Below are positions 55,055 through 62,958 of a stretch of DNA of 64,000 nucleotides, piece by piece. Source of the stretch: Alphaproteobacteria bacterium. Its GTDB lineage: Bacteria; Pseudomonadota; Alphaproteobacteria; SMXQ01. Position 1 is the first letter of the stretch. The number at the start of each line of letters is the position of its first letter. The notes beneath the pieces were generated by a model. It had not been told where the DNA came from and did not search any database. It saw nothing but the letters and a program-made list of their open reading frames with translations. A program made the translations under genes and the position numbers. The stretch spans positions 43,753 to 107,752 of the forward strand of contig JAYQQF010000011.1 of assembly GCA_038145705.1 (NCBI GenBank), given 5' to 3'.

Positions 55055-56074
55055 ATGCTGCTCGGCGCGCTTTTCGCCGTATTGTCCTCGGCTACCTTTG
55101 CCCTCAACGGCGTCTCGGTCCGGCGCGGCGTGCTCACCGGCTCCGTCGCCCAGGCGATGGCTATTACCGTGCCGATGGGCGTGCCCATCTTCTTCGTTGC
55201 AGCGCTTGCCACCGGCGGCCTCGGCGCGCTGTTCGATTTTTCCGGCCTGGCGCTTTTTTATCTCGCGCTGGCCGGCGTGTTCCACTTCGTCTGGGGGCGC
55301 TACTGCAACTACCGCGCCACCAAGGCCATCGGCGGCAACGCGGTGACGCCGCTGCAGCAGCTCGACTTCCCGCTCAAGCTGGCGCTTGCCATGATCTTCC
55401 TTGGCGAAAAGCTGACCGTGCTCAGCCTCGTCGGCATCGCCCTCATCTTCCTTGGCGGCGCCGTCGCCATCAAGCCGCGCGGCAAGCGCGCCGCCCAGAA
55501 GGAAGAAAAGAAGGAAGAAAAGAAGGAAGCCCCGAAAGAGGGATCGGCCCCGGTTTTCGTCCCCCAGTATGTCGAGGGCTATACCTTCGCCCTGCTGTCG
55601 ATCACCGGCTATGGGGTGAGCCCCTTGTTCATTCGCCTTGCGCTTGAGGACGCGGGCATCGCCGCAAGCCTCGCCGGCGGGCTTGTGTCCTACATGGCGG
55701 CGACCGTCGTCATCATCGCCATGGCCTGCCTGCCCGGACGCTTCGCCCATATCCGTTCGATCAACACGGTATCGGCGCGCTGGTTCATGGCGTCCTCGCT
55801 GTTCGTCGGCGTGTCGCAGATCTTCCGCTACATGGCGCTGGCGCTGGCGCCGGTCATCGTCGTCGCCACCGTGATGCGCGGGGCAGGCCTGTTCAAGCTG
55901 CTGTTCAACTGGTTCGTCAACCGCCAGTACGAAATCTTCGAGGCGCGCCTGCTGGTCGGCATTTTCATCTCGATTGCGGGCGGCGTCGCCATGACCATAA
56001 GCCCGGCCTTCGTCGCGGAAATCCTGCCGCTTCCGGCATCGGCCCTTGGTACGCTCGAGTGGCGCTGGCCCTAG
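55055..56074 (+). CDS. DMT-superfamily (EamA-like) membrane transporter with KE-rich inter-domain linker
   Basis: 339 aa, two 5-TM EamA-like halves separated by KRAAQKEEKKEEKKEAPKEGSAP. Confidence 0.7.
   Translation: MLLGALFAVLSSATFALNGVSVRRGVLTGSVAQAMAITVPMGVPIFFVAALATGGLGALFDFSGLALFYLALAGVFHFVWGRYCNYRATKAIGGNAVTPLQQLDFPLKLALAMIFLGEKLTVLSLVGIALIFLGGAVAIKPRGKRAAQKEEKKEEKKEAPKEGSAPVFVPQYVEGYTFALLSITGYGVSPLFIRLALEDAGIAASLAGGLVSYMAATVVIIAMACLPGRFAHIRSINTVSARWFMASSLFVGVSQIFRYMALALAPVIVVATVMRGAGLFKLLFNWFVNRQYEIFEARLLVGIFISIAGGVAMTISPAFVAEILPLPASALGTLEWRWP
55498..55529 (+). repeat. tandem 12-nt repeat (gaaggaagaaaa) x2.7 within DMT transporter gene
   Basis: gaaggaagaaaagaaggaagaaaagaaggaag read directly; encodes EEKKEEKKE. 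Confidence 0.8.
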
Positions 56075-56083
56075 GCCACGCAG

Positions 56084-57055
56084 CTACTTCACTGCCCGGC
56101 GCACGCCTTCCTTGATGCGATCGACATTGGGGGTCACGTAGTCCTCGATCGGCTGGCTGTAGCCGACCGGCACGTCCGGCCGCGCCACGCGCACGGGCGG
56201 CGATTTCAGGGGCACGCCCTCTTCCGCCACCAGCGCCACGATTTCCGACGCGATCGAGCAGGTTACCGAAGCCTCGTCGAGCGCCACCAACCGCCCGGTC
56301 TTGCGGACCGAGGCGAAGATCGTTTCGCGGTCGAGCGGTACCACCGTGCGCGGATCGACAACTTCCACGTCGATGCCTTCGCCTGCAAGATCGTCTGCGG
56401 CCGCGAGCGCGCGCTGCACCATCAGCCCGTTGGCGACGACGGTGACGTCCTTGCCCTTGCGCTTGACGTCGGCCTGGCCGAAGGGAATGGCGAAGTCGCC
56501 GTCGGGCACTTCGCCTTCCAGCCCCTGCAGCTTGACGTGGTTGATCAGCACCGTCGGGTTCGGGCTCTTGAAGGCGGTGCGCAACAGGCCCTGCATGTCG
56601 GCGGGCGATGCCGGCATGACCAGCTGCAGGCCCGGCGAGTTGGCAAAGGCCGACTGCGGGCTCTGGCTGTGCTGGACGCCGCCCGAACCGCGGATCCCTG
56701 AAAACATGTGGAAGATCACCGGCACCTGCATCTGGCCGCCGGACATGAAATGGGCGTTGGCCGCTTCGTTGACCATCTGGTTCCACGCCTCAAAGGCGAA
56801 GGTGGACGTGCCGAAGTTGACGAAGGGCCGCAAGCCCGCCATCGCCGCACCCGCGCCGAGCGAGGCAATCGCGCTTTCGGAAATGGGCGGCTGCAACAGG
56901 CGGTTCTTGTAGGTCTCGAAGAAGGCCTTCTTGGTGTCGTCGCGCAGCGGACGGCCCGCGGCAAAATGTGGGCCGACGACGCGGGTCGTCGGGTCCGTCT
57001 CGAAGGAATAGACGATGGCGTCCATCATCGCCTGGATGAAGCTTTTCTTTGCCAT
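56084..57055 (-). CDS. TPP-dependent 2-oxoacid dehydrogenase E1 component beta subunit (transketolase-like pyrimidine-binding/C-terminal domains)
   Basis: ORF 56084..57766 trimmed to MAKKSFIQAMMDAIVYSFETDPTTRVVG...; acetoin/pyruvate dehydrogenase E1-beta-like. Confidence 0.8.
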   Translation of the reverse strand: MAKKSFIQAMMDAIVYSFETDPTTRVVGPHFAAGRPLRDDTKKAFFETYKNRLLQPPISESAIASLGAGAAMAGLRPFVNFGTSTFAFEAWNQMVNEAANAHFMSGGQMQVPVIFHMFSGIRGSGGVQHSQSPQSAFANSPGLQLVMPASPADMQGLLRTAFKSPNPTVLINHVKLQGLEGEVPDGDFAIPFGQADVKRKGKDVTVVANGLMVQRALAAADDLAGEGIDVEVVDPRTVVPLDRETIFASVRKTGRLVALDEASVTCSIASEIVALVAEEGVPLKSPPVRVARPDVPVGYSQPIEDYVTPNVDRIKEGVRRAVK

Positions 57056-57066
57056 GGCGCAATTCC

Positions 57067-58068
57067 TCAGGCGAAGACGCCGGAAAGCGCGCTTTCCGGC
57101 TTCGGGTATGGACTGTTGTCGGCAAACTCGCGCGCGGCCTTGATCCTGGCGGCCACTCGCGCGTCGGCCGCCTGCAGGGCTGCGGCATCGGCCGCCTTGT
57201 CGGCGAGCAGCCTGCGCGCGAAAGCCAGCACCGGATCGTATTTCGCGATCCATTCGGCATGCGTCCCCGCAATGCGCGCGGGCTCCCACGCCATGGCGAC
57301 ATCGGTCACGCCGGTGACGAAATCGGGTTTGGCCTGGTGCGAGCCGGGCCAGCGCTCGAGCCGGGATTCGAGGAATACCGGCTCGCCCTTGCGCACAGAC
57401 TTGAGCGCTTCCATGGTTGCGGCATAGACCGCATCGGCATCGTGGCCGTCGACGGTGACGACCGGGATGCCAAGCGCACGCGGCACGTCGCCCAGCTGCT
57501 GGGCGGCAAGGCGCGAGGTTTCGTGGGCGCCTTCCTTGCTGTTGTTTTCGCAGACGAACAGCACCGGCAGTTCGTAGCGCGAGGCGAAGTTCATCGCCTC
57601 GTAGCTGATGCCTTCGTCCAGTACGCCGTCGCCGAAGAAGGCGACGGAAACGTTGTCGGTGCCGAGTTCGCGCGTCGCCCAGCCGCCGCCGATGGCGAGC
57701 CCGATGCTGCCGCCGACCATGGCCGAAGTGGACTGGATGCCCGCCGCGCGGTCGCACAGGTGCCACGTGCCGCCGCGCCCGCGGTTGAGCCCGCCCTCGC
57801 GCCCCATGATCTCGGCCAGCGCCTTGCCCGGATCGGCGCCGCGCCCGATGACGTGGCCGTGGTTGCGGTGGGTGGTGTGCACGAGGTCGCCCTGCTTGAG
57901 CGCGGCCAGCACCGCCGCCCCGGTCGCCTCGTGACCTATATATAGGTGGTTGCGGCCGATATCCTTGTGAACGGCGGCGGCATGGATGATTTCTTCCTCG
58001 AAGCGGCGCATCAGCAGCATGCGCTCGAACAGCGCAAGGCGCGCGGCATCGGACAGCCTTTCGGCCAT
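57067..58068 (-). CDS. TPP-dependent 2-oxoacid dehydrogenase E1 component alpha subunit
   Basis: 333 aa; GDG...NN TPP-binding motif (FFGDGVLDEG...CENN). Confidence 0.8.
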   Translation of the reverse strand: MAERLSDAARLALFERMLLMRRFEEEIIHAAAVHKDIGRNHLYIGHEATGAAVLAALKQGDLVHTTHRNHGHVIGRGADPGKALAEIMGREGGLNRGRGGTWHLCDRAAGIQSTSAMVGGSIGLAIGGGWATRELGTDNVSVAFFGDGVLDEGISYEAMNFASRYELPVLFVCENNSKEGAHETSRLAAQQLGDVPRALGIPVVTVDGHDADAVYAATMEALKSVRKGEPVFLESRLERWPGSHQAKPDFVTGVTDVAMAWEPARIAGTHAEWIAKYDPVLAFARRLLADKAADAAALQAADARVAARIKAAREFADNSPYPKPESALSGVFA

Positions 58069-58254
58069 GATCGTTCCCCCCGGTTCGTTTTTCTGCGCCC
58101 GGCCTCGGCCCGGCGCCTGTTATGCCGATATCGTGGCCCGGCCCGCCATTCCGGGCAAGCCTGCATTCGCGCCAATTTCACGCCAAAGGCGGTTGCCGGG
58201 CGCGCAGCGGGGAGTAAGATTTTCACAATCGAACACCAGCAGAAGGAACAGGCC

Positions 58255-58578
58255 ATGATCATCAGGACCGTCATCGGGCTCGCCGCCGCCGCCATCGTTT
58301 CTGCCGTCGTTGCGACGGGCGCCTTCGCCCAGGGCGCACCGGACAGCCGCGGCCTCGACCGCGCCATCGAACGCGCCAATCCGAAGGCCCAGGATCAGCT
58401 GCGCGAAAACAGAGAGCGCAAGAAGTCGCGCGAGGCGGAGAAGGCGCGCAAGCGCTCCGAACGCGACGCCCGCAAGGCCCGCGAGAAATCCGAAGAGATG
58501 AAGGAAAAAGGCAAGCGCAAGGCCAAGGGAAAAGGCAAGGGCAAGAAGCGCGAGCGCGACGAAAAGAAGTCGGACTGA
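58255..58578 (+). CDS. small secreted, highly charged (K/R/E-rich) hypothetical protein
   Basis: MIIRTVIGLAAAAIVSAVVATGAFAQGA signal then ...ERKKSREAEKARKRSERDARKAREKSEEMKEKGKRKAKGKGKGKKRERDEKKSD; RBS AAGGAA upstream. Confidence 0.6.
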   Translation: MIIRTVIGLAAAAIVSAVVATGAFAQGAPDSRGLDRAIERANPKAQDQLRENRERKKSREAEKARKRSERDARKAREKSEEMKEKGKRKAKGKGKGKKRERDEKKSD

Positions 58579-58603
58579 CGCGAGCCGTCAGGCCGTTAGG
58601 CAC

Positions 58604-59563
58604 TCAGGCCGGCATCTTCTCGTTACGCCGGATCTGGGTGAGCCCGACACCCTTCAGCTTGCCGAAATCCGCCCGCAACCGCGCCATGCTGGCCTCATGC
58701 AGGGGCGGGCTGAGCAGCGAGGCGACGTTGGCCTCCAGGTGGTCCGGATTGCCGGTGCCGAACAGGACGACATCGGCGCCCGAGGCATGGCGGGCAAAAC
58801 GGTAGGCGGCATCGAGAAGATTTTTGGCACCACCGTCGCGCATCAGGAAGCCAAGCGGATCATCGGTTTCGCCGATCGCCGCCGGCAGCTTGCCTTCCGC
58901 CGCCAGCGTCTTGAGCGCTTCCGCCAGCCGGTCGGGCGTGCCGACCTGGCAACGCGCCGGCGCCATGATCAGCGTGCCGACGCCGCGCCTGCGCGCCTCC
59001 GGCAGGACATGGTCGAGCGCGCCCTGATGCATCATGTTGAAGGACACCATGATGACATCCCAGAAATCTTCCTTCAGCGCGCGCGTCAGCATCACGTGCT
59101 CAAGATCATGGGCGGTTCCTTCGGTAATGCCCAGAAACCGGAACTTGCCGCGCTCGCGCTCGCGCAGCAGGATCGGCACGAGCACATCGACGGCATGGTC
59201 ATAATGATCGGGCAGGACACCATGCAGATGAAAGACATCGAGATAATCGGTGTCCATGGTGCGTAGCGCATTGTCGAGCGCGTCTACGATCTCGCCCGCC
59301 GAAACGTCTTCGGCGTGGTATTTGGTCGACAGGACCACAGAATCGCGCGGCACCAATTTCACCGCCGCGCCGACGACCCCTTCGGTTCCGTAATTTTCCG
59401 CGGTGTCGAAAAAATTGATCCCGAGATCGATGGCGTGGCGAATCAGGGCAACACCCTGGTCCTTTTCCACTCCCTTTTTCCGGCCCAGCCGGCTGGGTCC
59501 GCCCGACCCCATCCCGGCGACGCTGACCTTCAGCCCCGTCCGCCCCAGTGTCGTGAATTCCAT
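58604..59563 (-). CDS. aldo/keto reductase
   Basis: 319 aa; MEFTTLGRTGLKVSVAGMGSGG...FDTAENYG. Confidence 0.85.
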   Translation of the reverse strand: MEFTTLGRTGLKVSVAGMGSGGPSRLGRKKGVEKDQGVALIRHAIDLGINFFDTAENYGTEGVVGAAVKLVPRDSVVLSTKYHAEDVSAGEIVDALDNALRTMDTDYLDVFHLHGVLPDHYDHAVDVLVPILLRERERGKFRFLGITEGTAHDLEHVMLTRALKEDFWDVIMVSFNMMHQGALDHVLPEARRRGVGTLIMAPARCQVGTPDRLAEALKTLAAEGKLPAAIGETDDPLGFLMRDGGAKNLLDAAYRFARHASGADVVLFGTGNPDHLEANVASLLSPPLHEASMARLRADFGKLKGVGLTQIRRNEKMPA

Positions 59564-59782
59564 GCAACGCCTCTTACAAAATCTTGAAAAAACCAGGATA
59601 CGACGGCGCGGCCTTCTTAATGAACCCGACCGCCCGCGCCAAGCGTTCGCGGACCATAGCGACGTCTGCGCGAATCATCAAATGCACCAACGCAACAAGG
59701 CCCGTCGCGGAAGGCCTTCGTCACGGACCCTCTTCCACCCCTGCCTGAACGAGCCCATGCGAACGAAGGCAAACGCCCTGGC

Positions 59783-60526
59783 TCAATCGCCGCGCGCGCT
59801 AGCGGCACTGCTTGCGAGATTGCGCAGATACTCCGTTGCCGTGCCGATAGAAATGACATCGCCATATTTCTGGTGCATGTCGAAAAGGTTGATGGCATGG
59901 CACGCTTCGTGGCGATCGAATACGCAGTCCTCGACGATCTGTACGCGGAACCGGTGGCTGGCAGCATCTACCACCGTGGCACGTACGCAGCCGCTCGTGC
60001 TCTCGCCCGCAACCAGGATCGTGTCGACCCCGCGACGGATGAGCTCGGCCACAAGCGGAGTACCCCAGAACGCACTAGGTGCGGTCTTTCGCACGACCAC
60101 GTCCCCCTCCTGCGGCGAGACCTCGTCGATGATGTCGTACCGTCGGGCGAAACGCTCGCGCGCATCGGGATCGGCAAGGTCAAACCGGCGTGGTGAGCCT
60201 GAGTGAATGGCCTGCGACCAGCCGGGAATTCCGGATTCTTCGTCAAGCAGCCCTGTGGCATGACAGATGGGAACGCCTGCTTCCCGCGCTGCGCGGATCA
60301 AGGCCTGGACGTGGGGGATCGTGCTCCAGCCTGCCGGGCCACAGTAGCCCGGCCAGTTCTTGACGCCCTCAAGAAGCGGCAGGTTTTCATCGCCAAATAC
60401 GCCGCGATAAATGTCGATGGTGAGGACGGCAGGCCGCTGGCCGAACCCGACGCGCCGATCGCCCCGCCTTTGGGCGAGGTGGGCCTTGTCTTGTGCAGTA
60501 AGGAAACGGTCCCAGACGCGATTCAT
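59783..60526 (-). CDS. isochorismatase-family cysteine hydrolase
   Basis: ORF 59783..60544 trimmed to MNRVWDRFLTAQDKAHL... (SD GGGGGG); VLTIDIYRG (catalytic Asp) and VAGESTSGCVRATV (catalytic Cys). Confidence 0.8.
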   Translation of the reverse strand: MNRVWDRFLTAQDKAHLAQRRGDRRVGFGQRPAVLTIDIYRGVFGDENLPLLEGVKNWPGYCGPAGWSTIPHVQALIRAAREAGVPICHATGLLDEESGIPGWSQAIHSGSPRRFDLADPDARERFARRYDIIDEVSPQEGDVVVRKTAPSAFWGTPLVAELIRRGVDTILVAGESTSGCVRATVVDAASHRFRVQIVEDCVFDRHEACHAINLFDMHQKYGDVISIGTATEYLRNLASSAASARGD

Positions 60527-60672
60527 CGTCAACCCCCCGGTCATTTTATGAAAGCTTGAGGGGCACTATAGCAATCCGGCGCGGAGCTTGCAGTCACGGC
60601 GCCTTCGAGCCGATGGGGCGGATTGCCCAGGAAACATGCGGCGCGGCCGATTCTTTTCGGGGCGTGGGGAAA

Positions 60673-60762
60673 TGGCGGTGGGGGTGGGATTCGAACCCAC
60701 GGTACCCTTACGGGCACAACGGTTTTCGAGACCGCCCCGATCGACCGCTCCGGCACCCCACC
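60673..60762 (-). tRNA. tRNA-Ser (anticodon CGA), class II with long variable arm, encoded CCA
   Basis: Reverse complement GGTGGGGTGCCGGAGCGGTCGATCGGGGCGGTCTCGAAAACCGTTGTGCCCGTAAGGGTACCGTGGGTTCGAATCCCACCCCCACCGCCA: 7-bp acceptor stem, anticodon loop CTCGAAA, T-loop GGTTCGAATCC. Confidence 0.85.
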
Positions 60763-60986
60763 GTCGGGGCCTCCCCTATATAAAGGCGGGGCGGCCCGGG
60801 TCTTCGACGCCCGGCCTTTTAAACCCGAAGGGTTAATATAAGGTGGCGGGCGCAACGGGAGCCGGAAACTAGCCCACCGCCCGTCCCCTTGCAAGGCCCG
60901 GAATCCGCCGGACCCCGCAGCTTTCGGGGCCCGGGGCCCCCGCCGCCGGGTCCCGCCGAAACGGGCGGAAAACCGGGCAAAAACCG

Positions 60987-61014
60987 TTGACAGGGGCGCG
61001 TCTGGCGCTATATT
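60987..61014 (+). promoter_or_regulatory. sigma70-type promoter upstream of rplU-rpmA (TTGACA-16 nt-TATATT)
   Basis: ccgTTGACAggggcgcgtctggcgcTATATTccg about 55 nt upstream of rplU ATG; followed by GGCGGC-ttg-GCCGCC hairpin in the leader. Confidence 0.6.
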
Positions 61015-61069
61015 CCGCGCTTCCGGCGGCTTGGCCGCCTTCCTGTATTTGCAAGAGCGAGAGAGCGTC

Positions 61070-61552
61070 ATGTACGCCGTCATCCGCACGGGCGGAAAAC
61101 AATACAAGGTTGCCGAGAACGACGTCGTTGCGGTCGAGAAGATCGAAGGCGAAGCCGGCAGCGAGCTGACCTTCTCCGAGGTCCTGGCGCTTCACAACGG
61201 TTCGCAGGCCAAGATCGGCGCTCCGCTGGTCGAAGGCGCGCAGGTGATCGCCGACGTGCTGGAACAGCGCAAGGGCGAGAAGGTCATCATCTTCAAGAAG
61301 AAGCGGCGCCAGAACTATCGCCGCAAGAACGGCCATCGCCAGCTCGAGACCGTGGTGCGCATCACCGCCATCCTCGATGCCGGCCAGCCGCGCCCCGAGC
61401 GCAAGGCCGCCGCCGAAAAGCCGAAGGCCGCGCCCAAGGCGAAGAAGGCTCCGGCCAAGAAGGCCGCGCCGAAGCGCGCCGCGCCCAAGTCCGCCGCTAA
61501 GAAGAAGCCGGCGAAGAAGGCCGCGGCCAAGAAGTCCGCGAAGAAGGAGTAG
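61070..61552 (+). CDS. rplU: 50S ribosomal protein L21 with alphaproteobacterial Lys/Ala-rich C-terminal extension
   Basis: [30 protein letters not shown]... then [24 protein letters not shown]... tail. Confidence 0.95.
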   Translation: MYAVIRTGGKQYKVAENDVVAVEKIEGEAGSELTFSEVLALHNGSQAKIGAPLVEGAQVIADVLEQRKGEKVIIFKKKRRQNYRRKNGHRQLETVVRITAILDAGQPRPERKAAAEKPKAAPKAKKAPAKKAAPKRAAPKSAAKKKPAKKAAAKKSAKKE

Positions 61553-61558
61553 TCGTCC

Positions 61559-61816
61559 ATGGCTCACAAAAAAGCAGGCGGTTCATCCCGTAACGGTCGC
61601 GACTCCGCGGGCCGTCGCCTCGGCGTGAAGAAGTTCGGCGGCGAACAGGTCATCGCCGGCAACATCCTCGTCCGCCAGCGCGGCACCAAGTTCCATCCGG
61701 GCCCCAACGTCGGCATCGGCAAGGACCACACGCTGTTCGCCCTCATCGACGGCGAAGTGCGTTTCGCCCGCAAGGAAGGCGGACGGTCCTTCGTATCGGT
61801 GGAGCCGCGCGACTGA
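61559..61816 (+). CDS. rpmA: 50S ribosomal protein L27
   Basis: [31 protein letters not shown]... Confidence 0.95.
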   Translation: MAHKKAGGSSRNGRDSAGRRLGVKKFGGEQVIAGNILVRQRGTKFHPGPNVGIGKDHTLFALIDGEVRFARKEGGRSFVSVEPRD

Positions 61817-61843
61817 CGACGCAACGCCATTTCCGAATCCGAG

Positions 61844-61877
61844 AAAGGGGAATGGCGAACATTCCCCTTTTTCTTTG
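61844..61877 (+). terminator. intrinsic terminator/attenuator between rpmA and obg
   Basis: GGGGAAT-ggcgaac-ATTCCCC followed by TTTTTCTTT. Confidence 0.65.
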
Positions 61878-61905
61878 GACACCCTTTTGACGGTCACCGA
61901 CGACG

Positions 61906-62958
61906 ATGCAGTTCCTCGATGAAGCCAAGATCTACGCCAAGGCGGGCGACGGCGGCGGCGGCAGCGCCAGCTTCCGGCGCGAGAAGTTCATCGAGTTCGG
62001 CGGGCCCGACGGCGGCAACGGCGGACGCGGCGGCTCGGTGATCGCGGTCGCGGTCGACGGCCTCAACACGCTGATCGATTTCCGCTTCCGCCAGCATTTC
62101 GTCGCCAAGAACGGCCGCGGCGGTTCGGGGCGCAACAAGACCGGCGCCGATGCCGAAGACATCGTGCTGGAGGTTCCCGCCGGCACCCTGATCCTGGCCG
62201 AAGACAAGGAAACCGTTCTCGCCGATCTCGCCACCGTCGGCAGCCGCTACGTCATCGCCAAGGGCGGCGACGGCGGCTTCGGCAACGCCCATTACAAGAG
62301 TTCAACCAACCAGGCGCCGAGGCGCGCCGATCCCGGCTGGCCCGGCGGCGAATGCTGGATATGGCTGCGCCTCAAGGTGCTGGCCGACGTCGGCCTCGTC
62401 GGCCTGCCCAACGCGGGCAAGTCGACGCTGCTGGCCGCAAGCTCGCGCGCGCGGCCCAAGATCGCCGACTACCCCTTCACCACCCTGTCGCCCCAGCTTG
62501 GCGTCGTCTATGTCGACGACAGCGAATTCGTCATGGCCGACATTCCCGGCCTGATCGAGGGCGCCCACGAAGGCGTCGGGCTGGGCACGCGCTTCCTCGG
62601 CCATGTGGAACGCTGCGGCGTGCTGCTGCATCTCGTCGACGGCACTCAGGACGACATCGCCGGCGCCTATCGCACGGTGCGCCGCGAACTTGCCGAATAC
62701 GGCGAAGGCCTTGCCGACAAGCCCGAAATCCCGGTGCTGACCAAATGCGACGCGATGGATGAAGCGGAAGTCACGGCACGGGCCAAGAAGCTCGCCCGCG
62801 CGGCCAAGTGCAAGCTGGCCGAGGTGCACCGGATTTCCGGTGTCACCGGCGCCGGCGTCATCGAACTTATGCGCGCGGCCTTCACCCATGTGAAGGCGAA
62901 ACGCGCCCGCGACGCCGAGGCCGCGGGCATCGCGCCCGCCGACGGGGACTGGCGATGA
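61906..62958 (+). CDS. obgE: GTPase Obg/CgtA
   Basis: [43 protein letters not shown] (Obg fold Gly-rich) + G-domain [22 protein letters not shown]. Confidence 0.95.
   Translation: MQFLDEAKIYAKAGDGGGGSASFRREKFIEFGGPDGGNGGRGGSVIAVAVDGLNTLIDFRFRQHFVAKNGRGGSGRNKTGADAEDIVLEVPAGTLILAEDKETVLADLATVGSRYVIAKGGDGGFGNAHYKSSTNQAPRRADPGWPGGECWIWLRLKVLADVGLVGLPNAGKSTLLAASSRARPKIADYPFTTLSPQLGVVYVDDSEFVMADIPGLIEGAHEGVGLGTRFLGHVERCGVLLHLVDGTQDDIAGAYRTVRRELAEYGEGLADKPEIPVLTKCDAMDEAEVTARAKKLARAAKCKLAEVHRISGVTGAGVIELMRAAFTHVKAKRARDAEAAGIAPADGDWR

Noticed and set aside
59403-60206. 267-aa plus-strand ORF spanning the AKR start, the 219-bp intergenic region and the isochorismatase gene
   Set aside because: It is antisense to two confidently called minus-strand genes and has no stop only because of GC composition. 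The intergenic portion alone is too short and lacks an RBS.
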